Source: Azolla caroliniana (taxonomy: Eukaryota; Plantae; Polypodiophyta). Taken from it: a DNA stretch of 64,000 bases. The DNA is taken from NCBI GenBank assembly GCA_043228905.1, contig JBHGNT010000022.1, positions 2,480,001 to 2,544,000 of the forward strand. The letters run 5' to 3'. The position numbers and the translations under genes are program-made. Below the pieces are notes generated by a model. The model was not told where the DNA came from. It did not search any database and saw only the letters and a list, made by a program, of their open reading frames with translations. Of the stretch, positions 1 to 12,935 are shown piece after piece; the stretch's first letter is position 1; every line of letters begins with the position of its first letter.

Positions 1-631
1 TTCTTGAGCTTGACCTTGCCTTTCACTCTAGGCACTTTATATACTAACATCCAATCTACATCACTAATCAATCTATTTGTTAGAACAACAGGGTCAATAC
101 CCTTGAACGACAGACCATATATGTTGTGAAAGTTCTCCTTTGTCTCCAAAATTTTGCGAAGTTCAGCACTCTAGGATAGGGAGGAACAAGCCACCTAAAA
201 TAGAAAATCAGTAATCAGAATTGGTGGCTCTGTCCTTTTCAACATGTATAAGAAATCTTGATAATCTGAGTTGATAATTCTTGATTACAACACTTTGAGA
301 CAGTAATCTGAAATTTGTAATCTGTCCTTTTCAACATGTATCTGTTTGGAGTTCGAACTCGAACTCAGGATTATCAAGAATTTGATGACATTCAAGTCGA
401 CCTTAGATGATGGCACTATTCCCCATGTTCCACTACGTTAGACACCAAAGTTCAAACATTTGAGTATTCTCATAAATTAAATGACATGTATTTAACTAAT
501 AACACATAAAATTTTGTAAACCATCCTTATGTTTTTCCCACAAAAAACTAGCTAAACAAATAGTTAATTAGTTGCGGCCATTTTAGTAGGTAATTAGCTA
601 TAATAGTGTTTCCACTTGCATGATTTTACCC
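1..631. mobile_element. Right end of a second, diverged copy of the Sola2-like DNA transposon family (internally deleted; rest lies outside the window)
   Basis: 1-195 aligns by eye with 37598-37790. 383-470 matches 38585-38680. 590-631 (taattagctataatagtgtttccacttgcatgattttaccc) matches the right TIR at 38760-38800. The sequence switches abruptly to Copia RT at 632. Confidence 0.88.
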
Positions 632-1465
632 GTTTCTTGATACTCTTCCTAGATGTGGATGATATGTTGATCGTCGGATGAGACCAAGGCAAGATTCGGA
701 TGCTAAAGAAGGATCTGAACCGGACCTTCTCAATGAAAACAAATCCTGAGGATAAAGGCAAAGAAGATCAAGAGTTCATGTTGATGAAGATCCACAGGAA
801 GGAGAACGGGTCGGGTATGTTCACTAAGGAGTTGAAAACTGACAAGCTGGACGCGTGCCAAAAGCTGATCGAGTTGACGAGACATCCTGTGCCAGAGTGA
901 AGGGGGACGTTGTTGGGAAGTCGGTCCCTACAAATGGGATACGGTTATGAATGAAGAGGACACGGTGAGAACCGGACGAGATCCGGAAACCGGATCGGTT
1001 GGACTCGATGAGAACAGGAAGACAAGACATATTTGTAAATATGTTTTGAGTAAGCCTATTGAGGCTATATTTCTAAATAGCCCTAAGTTCATATGAGTAT
1101 AAATATGACCTAGGGAAATCAGAGATAGTGAGTGTTGTCATATTGTTGTATGTGCATAACTGTTGTATAGAGATTGAGAGAGACACAGAGCGATACTCTG
1201 TTGTAACCGCCGGTTGGTGAAGATACAGAGCTCAAGGTCGTTGCCTCCAAGTCTTTGATTCTACCTTTCTCATATAGTGATAGTTTGGAGTCTTTGGGTT
1301 CCCGTGGTTTTTCCCATTTAGGGTTTCCACGTAAACATCATGTGTACTCTCTATTGTTTGTGTGTGTACATGTACTAATCTCCAACCCCATTTCTATGTT
1401 TGATTCTCAAAAAAGTGATTCAAGTCTCGGTTGTGGCCGAGCAATATTCCGCGCTATTTCCTACA
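632..1465 (+). mobile_element. 3' remnant of Ty1/Copia element A (RT fragment, deletion, RNase H tail, PPT, 3' LTR 911-1465)
   Basis: LFLDVDDMLIVG (YVDD-type RT motif) at ~645-678. IHRKENGSGMFTKEL RNase H tail. Purine tract gagtgaaggggg before TGTTGG at 911. LTR ends ...CCTACA at 1465 and is related to the LTRs at 4409-4881 and 11880-12444. Confidence 0.8.
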
Positions 1466-4383
1466 TCATGAAGGAGTCAAACTTCTAGTACCATTGTCGA
1501 GGGGTTTGCTTCAATCCATATAAGCTCTTCTTTAGCTGGCACATCAGGTGCTCCTTCCCTTTCTTCTCAAATCCTTCCGGTTGATGCATGTAGATCTCTT
1601 CTTCGAGGTCGCCATGTAGGAATGTCGCTTTGACGTCTAGTTGCTCTACCTCGAGTTCTATTCTTGCTGCTATGCTCAATACTATCCGGATTGATGTCAT
1701 CTTTACTTCCGGGGAAAAGATCTCATCGAAATCCACACCTTTCTTCTGCTGGAAACCCTTCACCACGATCCAGGCCTTGTACCTCGGTGGATTTCTGGCA
1801 TCTCCCAGTTTCCACTTGTACACCCACTAATTCCGGAGTACTCTCAATCCTTTCGGCAACTCCGTTAGTTTGTATGTATGGTTCTCATATAGGGAATCCA
1901 TCTCGTCCTGCATGGCACTTAACCACTCACAACTATGGGTGTCTTTCTTTTCTTCTTCGAAGCTTTCCGGCTCTCCCTCATCGGTCAGCAATACGTGCTC
2001 TACATCTAGAAATCTCCGAGGGGCTATTCTCTCTCGGAGAGGATATCTCCGACTTTGGTCTTCAACCACCGGTTCCTCCGTTAGATCTTCATCCGAATAT
2101 GGTTCGGGGTCTTGTTTGGTTTTGGTGTCTCCTTCTTCTTCTTCTTCAGTCGGTTCGGTTTCTTGTCTGAATCTGGCTGGTTCATCGAGTGTCAGTCTAT
2201 TACCGGCTACCTTTCGGTTTTCATGAAGACTATATCCTGACTCTAGGAACACCTTGTCGACTAGATCCCATACTCGATATTCGACTCATCATCGCCATAT
2301 CCAAGAAATATGCATGGTTGAGTCTTCGGATCCAACATTGCTCTCTTGTCCTTTGCGACATGCACATATGCGAGACAACAAAACACCTTCAGATGCTGGT
2401 AAGATACATCTTTACCGGTCCATACTTTCTATGGTGAGTCTCCTTCCGAGGGTGTTGAGGGTGATCTGTTTATCACATAGGTTGTCGTCATCAGCGCCTC
2501 AGCCCAAAACTTCTTGGGTAACTTGGCATGTGCTACCATGCTTCGGACTCTCTCCATCATGGTCTGGTCCATCCATTCGGCCAGCCTGTTCAATTCCGGC
2601 GTCTTTGGCACGGTGAATTCGAGTTGGATTCCCTTCAACCAACAGTACTCCTCGAACTGCCCCCGGTATTCTCCTCCATTATTTGCTCGAACAGCCTTCC
2701 GCTTCCGGCCGGTTTCTCTTTCCACTCTCGCGTGGAGCTCCTTGAAGACGGATAGCACCCGATCCTTTGTCTTCAGCGGTGAGACCCATAGCTTCAAGTT
2801 GTGGTCATCTATGAACGTCACGAAGTACTGCGATCCGGCATGTGACTTCGTGTCCACTTGACACACATCGGTATGCACCAGCTCTAATGGTGCATTCTGT
2901 CTCATCGATGGTCTTGACCAGAAGGAGGTTTAGTTTTGCTTGCCAACCAAGAAATCGGTGCACTTATAAAGATGCACGTCTTTCACCTCCGGAATGAGGT
3001 TATCTTCGGCAAGTCTTCTCATCCCTTCTGGCTCATATGCTACAGTCTCTTGTGCCACAGGTCACCAGTAGTGTCAGATGCTACGTTCACTTCTTCCCGC
3101 CATATCCAGGCATGCATCAAATATAGTGTGTTGATCTTCCGGGCTCGAGCCACAATCAGGCTTCCTTTGCTGAATTTCATGACTTCGTTCCGGATGCTAC
3201 CCGTGTAGTCTTCATCATCTACCTGACCGACTGATATCAGGTTCAAATGAACGTCTGGAATGTGTCGGACATCTTTTAGCAGCAATTTGCATCTAATTGA
3301 TGCCGTCAACAACACATCTCCTATGCCTACAATCTGGCATGTACCTTCAATCCCCATCTGGACACAACCGTGATCTCTGGCTATGTAAGATGACAAGCAT
3401 TTCTGGTCCGGTATCAGATAGAACGATGCTCCTGAATCGACAACCCACGTTGTCCTGTCGCCGACAAGGTTTAACTCATTCTCCTCAGTAATGAGCATCA
3501 ATTCTTCTTCACTTGTCGCGATCCGAGCCTTTCCGATCCCTTTCGATCCCTTCTGATCCGAGCCTTTCCGGTCCGAACCGTTCTAGTCTGAACCCTTCTT
3601 CGAATCGGCACTGTCAGTTCCTTTCTTTTTCCGGAAATGCCGAAAGTTCTTCTGGAAGTGCCCCGGCTTCCCATAGTAGAAGCAAGTAGGCCTCCCCCTT
3701 GACTTCGACCTTGTCCCCAATTTGTCCCAGTTTTGGGGACTCCGATACCGGCCTCTTCCCTGGTAATGGTCATCTTCTGTGACCAAGGCCTTCGGATCGA
3801 TTCCGGACTCCCGGTCCTTCCGGCAAGCTTCTTCATCTAGCAAGCTTGATTTTATCCTTGCTAGGGACAACTGCTTTCCTTCCGGCCCGACGTTGCCCAA
3901 AGTGACAACTAGCATCTCCCAACTATCCGAGAGGGAACCGAGCAGGAGCAATGCAACTACCTCGTCGGCTAGAGGTACTTTGAGCGAAGTTGTTTGGTTT
4001 ATGGGCCCCTCAAATGCGTTCATGTGCTCCGCTATGCCGGATCCGTCCTGGAACTGGAGTCTCACTAACTTCCGGAATACCGAAACCCGATTTACGACGT
4101 TTTTACTCTCCAGCATTGTGCCGATTTTCTCCCATAGCATATGAGCTTTGCTTTCTTCATTGAAGTTGTTATATAGGCTCATGTCAATGAAACACCGGAT
4201 GTACGCCGTTGTCTTCATGTGCATCACCTCCAATGTCATGGCGTTGATCTTGTCTAGTTTCTTGTCCCGGAATTGTACCAGCAACCAGAGATCTTTGACC
4301 ACGAGCATGTCCCTCATCTTCGACTTCCACACTGGGTAGTTGGAGCCGATGATCTTGAACATGCCGCCAAATGATTCTTCCAT
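1466..4383 (-). pseudogene. Copia gag-pol pseudogene (gag, zinc knuckle, protease, integrase, RT)
   Basis: WVVDSGAS protease, LELVHTDVC/TPELNRLAE integrase, EQLDVKATFLHGDLEEEIYM RT; split by stops and frameshifts. Confidence 0.9.
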
Positions 4384-4881
4384 TCCCTTGTATGCTCTGA
4401 TACCAGATTGTGCAAAAATAACGTTCAACCACAACCGAGTCTTCAATAAGGAATAGAAGAGAACACACTAAAACAGAGATGACATAGGATGTTAACATGG
4501 GAAACCCTAAATGGGGAAAAACTACGGGAGCCCACTGACTCCAACTATCACTATGAGACGCGGAATACAATGTGAGACTCAGAGGCAACGACCTCGAGTT
4601 CTATGTCTTCGCCAAATCGACGGTTACAACAGAAAACTAGTTCTGTATCTCTCTCTCACTCAATCACTCTCTATATACAACAATATACAACAACACCATC
4701 ATCATATTTATACTTATATGAATTTTGGGTTATTTACAAATATAGCCTCAGTGGGCTTATCCTAACTTATTTACAAATATGTCCTTGGATCCAGTTCGCA
4801 CCGGATCCATCTAGAATCACTGGTTCAGGTTCCAGATCTTATCCGGAACCATTCCGAATCTGGCTCGTCCGATCTAGCTCC
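1466..4881 (-). mobile_element. Ty1/Copia element B (5' LTR 4409-4881 truncated, PBS, decayed gag-pol), interrupted in RT by Copia A
   Basis: PBS TGGTATCAGAGC (tRNA-iMet type) on minus at 4394-4405. Order is gag, PR, IN, RT, typical of Copia. Confidence 0.9.
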
Positions 4882-5430
4882 TATTAATCCTAGGGCCGGA
4901 CAACAGCCTAACACAGGGTGTCCACTTAAGACACTTCACCAAAGGGTGGTACGACAGAATGACTTATGGCACAACGCTTAATTAGACCTTAATTGGTTAC
5001 TTAGCAATTCGTAATTAACACGCGTAAGATATAACAATGAATACAGAACGGTAATCAAAATTGGAAGATTAAGACAATAAGCTCTATTAATTATCCGCTC
5101 CTGATTACATTGTAATCAGGCCTTTATATTGGTCTTCGGTGCGAAATACAAAACGGTGCCAACCGGCACCTTTTCGGGATCGGTCCGGATCCGGATCGGC
5201 ATACCGATTCCGATCCGTCCGTCCACATCTTCTCATAGGTGTGCAAGCCCCCCTGGCCATTCACAGCAATCACTCACTCACACCTCTTCTCATCTGTCCA
5301 CATACGTAATTACGTATGTGTGCATGTGTACACATACGTAATTACTCACACTCACAATTACAGTTACACATTTACACATACACATCAACAACATTCCACC
5401 CTCGCTCTCCGTACATCCCGTACGGTAACA
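4882..5430 (-). mobile_element. Isolated LTR related to the Gypsy LTRs at 20159-20600/41885-42326
   Basis: Reverse complement starts TGTTACC and its 3' ~350 nt match the Gypsy LTR (ccgatccggatccggacc...ggcaccgttttgta...acaccctgtgttagg...ggattaaYa). Flanks gctcc / cccgt do not form a TSD. Confidence 0.8.
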
Positions 5431-6275
5431 CCCGTCAGCTCCTTTGTGTTGATGGTGGCTTCGGCTACCTCCTTGAACAACTGGCCTTGGTGTGATTCGG
5501 CTCATCCAAATCACCTTCCTTAATCCAATCGCTTGGTTCTTATTCGTTCCAGCTCTTCATCGAATCGGTTGTCTTCGATTCATCCTCCTTCAAGCCCTTG
5601 ACCACATCCGCCCATGTCTTGGTCGTGATCTTCACTTGGTCAACTCTGTCCTTTTCGAGTCTGCCGTTTCTCTTACCCTTCTCAACTTTTCCATCCCGCG
5701 GTTCGGTTGGCTCCGGTTTGGGATTTCCCTTGTGACCACTCCCCCTACATCTGGCTAGTCTCAGCTTAGTTGCTCTTCCTTCATCTGTCCATGCATCCTC
5801 GACTTCTCCAGCTGATTTGGACTTTCCAACTTCTTCCGTCGTACCGAAATCAAATTCTTCATCTGATTTGGCTTATCAGAATTTGCCTCTCTCCTTTTCG
5901 GCTTCTTCACTCCTCCCCCTCAAGTTCAGCATGTCAAGTTGTTGTAAACCAAGCAGACTCAAAAAATGTCACAACTTGTCAAGGCCAAGAGGTTTGGTGA
6001 AGATATCGGCAACCTACACATCAATTAGAACAAACACAAGTTCGGCCTGACCAGAGAGGACTTGCTCGCTAACAAAATGATAGTGTACCTCGATGTGCTT
6101 TGTCCAAGTGTGGAAGATAGGGTTCTTCACAGATTAGATGTTGTTCAGGTTGTCAATTCGGACCTCCACTCGTACATCCTTCAAAAGCCCTTTTAGCCCC
6201 ACGGACACCTCCACTCGCAACTTCTCACGTAGCGACAACTACCCCTCGATACTCGGCTTCCGTGCTCGACAGTGT
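5431..6275 (-). pseudogene. Copia element C, 3' part (RNase H and downstream region)
   Basis: Minus-strand translation LSSTEAEY...KNPIFHTWTKHIEVHYHFV...VADIFTKPLG; purine tract ttgagggggag near 5912-5923. Confidence 0.8.
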
Positions 6276-6748
6276 TGTTATGTACACATAACGTTGGTGA
6301 GGGTAGGTCACTAATATTTACATTAGTGAAGGGCATGTTCACTAATGTTTAAAAGGGGACTAATGATTGGATAGAAGGAATGATAGGTGCATGCACTATC
6401 ATGATTTAGACAACCAATGAATGGAGAGCCTTTTAGAAAGGCACATCTATTCAAGGGGCCTAGGAAAAGGTATAAATATGAGGTTTAGCTACCCTGATAA
6501 GGACATTACGTCGGAAGGCTGCTGTCTTAGACACCAGTGGTGCAGGCTAGGCTTTCGTCTCGACGGTTGTGTTTATCTCTTCCAAGGTATTAGTCATCCT
6601 AATATCCGGCGGTATGGGACGACGATGGTAGGTTGGCTATGTCTAGATCATAGCTCGGGGGTGGTCGGGTGGAATGGGTTCTTCTATTCAATCTAGTTTC
6701 CTTCTTTTACTTTACTTTGGTCTATTGATTAGTAATAGACTCTTAACA
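6276..6748 (+). repeat. 5' LTR of Gypsy A
   Basis: Direct repeat of 17334-17806; followed by PBS. Confidence 0.95.
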
Positions 6749-7194
6749 GTGGTATCAGAGCTTTTACTAACAAATTTTTTTGTTGTTTTGATATTTTTTG
6801 TGTGTGAGCGTTGGGGATCTAACAAGGCTTGTAATGCTCTTCTCAGGATCAAAACAACACTCTAAACCCGATATTCTTCTTTCTCGATCTCTCTTCTTTC
6901 TATGATGCATTCTTGTTGGTCGAATCAAATTTGTATTACATTTCTATTCTTTTCTTTCTTCTTACTACCACGATACGATTTTAATTATTATTGTGCATCG
7001 GGTTGAGCGTGTTTGCACTAATCTCACATGCTCAATTCATGGTCCATTTGTATATTGCGATGTATCTGCTATGCTCCCCTCTCTGGAGCCTTCTCTTACA
7101 ATATTTATTATTGTTGTGCATTGGGTCGAGCGTGTTTGCACTAATCGCACACGCTCACCTCATGGCCCTTTTGCATATGATGTTGAGTATGCCA

Positions 7195-7440
7195 CTCTTC
7201 CCTCTATTGAGCCATCACTTGGCCGAGTCTATGGGATGTTGTGGCCATGACGAGGTGTATGTCGCCTATCTATGCCAGTCTACTCTCTATTGAGCCATCA
7301 CTTGGCCGATTCTATGGGATGTTGTGGCCTTGACGAGGTACATGTCGCTTACCTATGTCACTTTATTCTTTATTGAGCCATCACTTGGCCGATTGTAGGG
7401 AGATGTGGTGGTCTTGAGGAGGTGCATGCCGACTACTCTA
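7195..7440 (+). repeat. Three ~83-bp imperfect tandem repeats in the Gypsy A 5' UTR
   Basis: tattgagccatcacttggccga recurs at ~7206, ~7289 and ~7371. Confidence 0.75.
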
Positions 7441-7929
7441 GGGTTTCGTACCTTAAGGCATGCTTAATGTTCCATACACCTAATTGTTTATTATTCTAAT
7501 TAATTTCTAATTCCACAAATTGTCATTTCACTTATATGATTATCTCGTAATTATTGTTTACTTGCCCACAATTAGCTCTCCTTTTTCCCCTTCCTTTTCG
7601 TGCATAAAGTATTTACATGCGTTTACCTATGATGTAACGCATCCATGTAGACTATTTTTCTCGTATAGAGTGGGCATCATGCCGTTTTTTTTTAACGATG
7701 TTTTCCAAAAGATCTTCTACGTTTAACTAATATTATCGAGCCTTAGAACTCGAGTAAAACCACATGAGTTCCTCTATTGATGTTTCTTCATGGATTTAAG
7801 TACCACATCTTTGCGTATCAATTTGTGGCTTATGTCATAATTGTGCAAATTACAACCATCATATTGGGATGTATATCTGCATACCTCACACCTCCCATTT
7901 ATTTGTGACATTGTTTTTATAGTAGGTAG

Positions 7930-10900
7930 TGAAGAGAATCACGGAATATTACTCGGCCACTACCGAGTCTAGAATCACAGAAAATGAGGATGGAGAACAC
8001 AGAAATGGGAACTCAAGAGTGAACACATGATATTTTCATGGAAAAACCTGAATGGGAAAAACCACGGGACCCCACAGACTCCGAACAATCACTATGGAGA
8101 GAAGGGGGTACAATCAGAGACTTAGAGGCAACAACCTCAAGCTCTGTTTCTTCACCAACCGACAGTTACAATAAAGTATTTCTGTGTATCTCAGACTCTC
8201 TCTCTATACAACAATACAACAACAACAACTCTAATAAATGTTTGCAAGGTACCTCCGTTGGATATGTTTACAAGGTACCTCCATTGGATATGCTTCGTCC
8301 GGGAATGGTAGGTTGTGTTCTTTGCAAGGTGGATGTCACTCTGACTGTCGCAATAGAGCCGATATTCCTCCCGTCAGATCCCTAGCTCACGGATGAAGTC
8401 CTTCATCTAGATTATTTCCTTGCCGGCTTCCACAGCTGCCATGTACTCCGCTTCCGTGGTTGATAACGCAACCGTCTTCTGCAGCCTCGACTGCCACGAA
8501 ACAACTCCCCCTGCATAAGTCATGACATAACCGGATGTGGACCGGCTGGTATCCGCATCAGCCGACATGTCTGAATCCGTGAATCTGGCGAGTTAGGGTT
8601 TACCGGAGCCGAATCGGAGGCACATGCTCGAGGTGCCTTTCAAATACCGGAGTATCCACTTGATTGCGTTCTAGTGCTATCCAATATCCGGGCGGGGACA
8701 CACCATTGCGTACATCAAGCTCCCGACGGTAGAGGCATATGGTATCTTCATCATATCAGCCTTCTCTATCTTTGTCCTCGGGCTCTGTTTTCCGGATAGC
8801 TTGCAGTTTTCTGGAAGTGTCAATCTAACTGGTTTCGCATCCGACATGTTGAACCACTGAAGCACCTTCGTCACGTACTTTTCCTGTGACAGCCACAATA
8901 GCTTCTTCGACCGGTCCCGGATGATGTGCCGAACCCAAGTCTTTCATTGAGAAGGTCCGGTTCAGGGCCTTCTTCAGCAGCCGTATTTTGACTTGGTCTC
9001 GTCCGACTATCAGCATATCATCCATGTATAGGAGTAATATCAGGGAATCTCCTCCATCAAATTTCTTCACAAACACGCAGTGATCGGCTTGCGTCTTGTG
9101 GTACCCTTGATCCGTCATGAAGCAGTCGAACTTCCAGTAACATTGTCAGGGAGCTTGTTTCAGTCTGTATAAGCTCTTCTTCAGCCGGCATACCAGGTGC
9201 TCCTTCCCTTTCTTCACGAGTCCTTCTGGTTGCTGCAGGTAGATCTCCTCTTCAAGGTCACCATAGAGGAATGTTGTCTTGACATCCAGTTGCTCTACCT
9301 CAAGGTCCATGCTTGATGCTATGCTCAGCACCATCCGGATGGAAGTCATCTTTACTACCGGGGCAAAGATCTCGTCGAAATCCACTCCTTTCTACTACTA
9401 GAATCCCCTCACCACGATTCAGGCCTTATACCTTGGTGGATTCCTGGCGTCTCCCGGTTTCAGCTTGTACACCCACTTGTTTCGGAGCGCTCTCTTCCCT
9501 TTCGGCAACTCCATCAGTTCATATGTGCGGTTCTCATGCAAGGAATCCATCTCATCCTACATGGCACTCAGCCACTTGCGGCTGTGCGTTTCTCTCTTTG
9601 CTTCTTCGAAGCTTTACAACTCCCCCTCATCGGTTAGAAACACATGCTCTACATCCAAGAATCTCCGGGGGGCTCTTCTCTCTCGGAGAGGATATCTCTG
9701 TCGTTGGTTTCTGACTACCGGTCCCCCCGTTTGTTTCTCATCCGAGTCCGATTCAGGATCTTGTCCATTTCCGGTGTCTTCTTCTTCTTCTTCGGTCGGT
9801 TCGGTTTCCTGTTCGTATCCAGTTGGTTCGTCGAGTGTCATCCAATTACCGGGTATATCCTTGTGTCCTCAAACCGGTTTTCATTGGATGATCCGAAGTT
9901 CATCATCTTCTTCTCCGACTCCCAGTCGGCAATGGTCCTGTCTTCCATGAAGACTATGTCCTGGCTCTGAAACACCTTCTTGTCAACATCCCACACCCGG
10001 TAACCGAACTCATCATCGCCGTATCCAAGGAATATGCATGTGTGAGCATGCTCCAGACTCTCTCCATTATGGTCCGGTTCATCATTTCGGCCAGCCCGTT
10101 CAATTCCGGTGTCTTCGACATGGTAAATTTAAGCCGGATTCCCTTCAACTAGCAATACTCTTCGAACTGCCCCCGGTATTCTCCTCCGTTATCGGCTCGA
10201 ACCGCCTTCAGGTCCGGCCAATTTCCCTTTCCACTCTCACGTGGAGCTCCTTGAAGACGGATAGCACCTGATCCTTTGTCTTCAACGGTGAGACCCACAA
10301 CTTCTGGATGTGGTTGTCTATGAACGTCATGAAGTATTGTGATCCGGCATGTGACTTCGTGTCCACTTGACACACATCAATATGCACCAGCTCTAGTGGT
10401 GCATTCCGTCTCATCGGTGGTCTTGACCAGAAGGAGGTTCAGTTTTGCTTGTCAGCCGAGAAATCGGTGCACTTCTCAAGTTGCACGTCTTCGGCAAGCC
10501 TCTTCTTCCCCTTCTCATTCATGTGACATAGTCTTTTGTGCCACAGCTCACCGGCAGTGTCGGAAGCAACGTTCATTTCTTTTGCCCAACATAACTGGGC
10601 ATTCATCAGATACAATGCGTTGACTTTCCAGGCCCGAGCCACTATTCAGCTCCCATTGTTGAACTTCATGACTCCGTTCCGGATGCTACTCGTGTAGCCT
10701 TCATCATCTAGCCGATCGGCTGATATTACGTTCACTCGAACCTCTGGAACATGTCGGACATCCTTCAGCCGCAACTTGCATCTAGTTGGTGTTGTCAACC
10801 ACACGTCTCCTATGCCGACAATTCGGTATGTACCTTTATTCCCCATCCGGACACAACCGTGTTCACCGGCTGTGTAGGATGAGAAGCATTCCCGGTCTGG

Positions 10901-12444
10901 GGTAAGGTGGAACAACGCTCCGGAATCGACAACCCATGTTGTCTCGTCGCCGGCAAAGTTCAACTCACTCTCCTCGGTGATGAGCATTAGTTCCTCTTCA
11001 CATGTCGGGATCGTCGTCGTTCCCTTCCGGTCCGGGCCTCGCCAATCTGAACCGTTTCGGTCCGGTGACTTCTTCGAATTGGTACTATCGTTTCCCTTGT
11101 CTTTCTGGAAATGCCCATAGCTCTACTGGAAGTGCCCCGGCTTGCCGCAATAGAAGCAAGTGGGCCTCCCCCTTGACTTTGACCGTGTCCCCGACTTTTC
11201 CCAGTTCTGGGACTCCGATTCCTTTGTCTTCTGCATTCCGATTTGGTAAGGAGGGCTTTGGCGTCAGCGATCACCTCCGTTTCTTTCCGACACGCCTCCT
11301 CATCTAGCAAGCTCGACTTGACTCTTGCTAGGGATAGTTGTTTTCCTTCCGGTCCAGCGTTGCCCAACATGACAACTAACGTCTCCCAGCTATCCGGGAG
11401 GGAGCCGAGCAGGAGTAGAGCAAGTACCTCATTGCCAAGAGGTACTTCCAACAAGGTTGCCTGATGTATCAATCCCTGGAAGGCATTCCTGTGCTCCGCC
11501 ATACTGGAGTCGTCTTGGTACCAAAGCCTCACTAGCTTTTGGAATACTGAAACCCGATTAACGACATTCTTGTTCTGGAACATGATGTCGATCTTCTCCC
11601 AGAGTTTATGAGCCTTGCTCTCTTCATTGAAGTTGTTCTATAGGCTCATGTCGATAAAGCACCGAATGTATGTCGTCGTCTTCATGTGCATCACCTCCCA
11701 CAATGTGGCGTCAATCTTATCCAGTCTCTTGTCCCCGAACTGAACCGGCAACCAAAGATCTTTAACCACCAACATGTCCCTCATCTTCAACTTCCACACT
11801 AAGTAGTTGGAGTTGGTGAGCTTGAACATGCAACCGACCGATTCTTCCATTTCTTGTGTTGTTCGCTCTGATACCAGTTTGAAGAGAATCGTGGAATGTT
11901 ACTCGGCCACAACCGAGTCTAGAATCATAGAAAATGAGGATGGAGAACACAGAAATGGGAACTCAAGAGTGAACACATGATGTTTTTGGGGGAAACCTTG
12001 AATGGGAAAAACCACGGGAGCCCACAAACTCCGAACTATCACAATGGAGAGAAGGGGGTACAATCAGAGACTCAGAGGCAACAACCTCAAGCTCTGTTTC
12101 CTCACCAACAGGCGGTTACAACAGAGTATTTCTCTGTATCTCACACTCTCTCTTTGTCGCTCTCTCTATACAACAATATGACAACAACTCTAATAAGTGT
12201 TTGCCCTAGGTCATATTTATACTAATATGTCTTTAGGACTATTTACAAATATAGCCTCCATGAGCTTACTAAAAAACATATTTACAAATATGTCTTCTAC
12301 ATCCGGTTCTCACCGGGTCTTCTACATCCGGTTCTCACCGGATCCTCATCATCCGTTTCTCACCCGGTCTTCTAAATACGGTTCTCACCGGGTCCTCTAC
12401 ATCCGGTTCTCAAGATCCCATCCGGAGGGACCGAAATCCCAACA
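7930..12444 (-). mobile_element. Ty1/Copia element D (same family as B) nested in the Gypsy A 5' UTR; 3' LTR partly deleted
   Basis: Perfect TSD GGTAG (7925-7929 / 12445-12449). 5' LTR 11880-12444. PBS 11865-11876. 3' LTR remnant 7930-~8245. Confidence 0.93.
8250..11850 (-). pseudogene. Copia D gag-pol pseudogene
   Basis: WVVDSGAL protease, LELVHIDVC integrase, QLDVKTTFL and LLYMDDML RT, RNase H fragments; many stops and frameshifts. Confidence 0.9.
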
Positions 12445-12935
12445 GGTAGCACATGGGTTTTTTGACCCTTGTTTTCATCACTACTTGCCTGTAATGGGTA
12501 GTGCCTTTTTTTATCATTTTTATCATCACATTTTCTTGTGACTTGCAAGACTAGAATATTACTTGGGAGTGCACTTGTCTTTTTCACGTAATACACTTTC
12601 TCGACCATATCAATCCATGCTGGGTTGGCATTAATATAAGGCTAACTAGGAAATTACATTGATGTTGGAACCATGATTGAGCTTCAAGGAGCCGCCATGA
12701 TTACTCAAGATAGAGATCCGAGAAAGACATCTTAGCTATGTTTGCCCCCATGGTTTTTAAAACACCATAGTGTTACCATAGTTATCGGATCTCAAATCAC
12801 ATCTCATATGTCTAGAGGGGTAAATACGTGAGATCCTTTCTTGGTAAAGTTCTTCCAATCAAAATTTCAAGCATTCATTTTGCTTGTGTATTTTCTGAAC
12901 CTCCTTATTTATATTGCATAACCATAGCTTGCATC

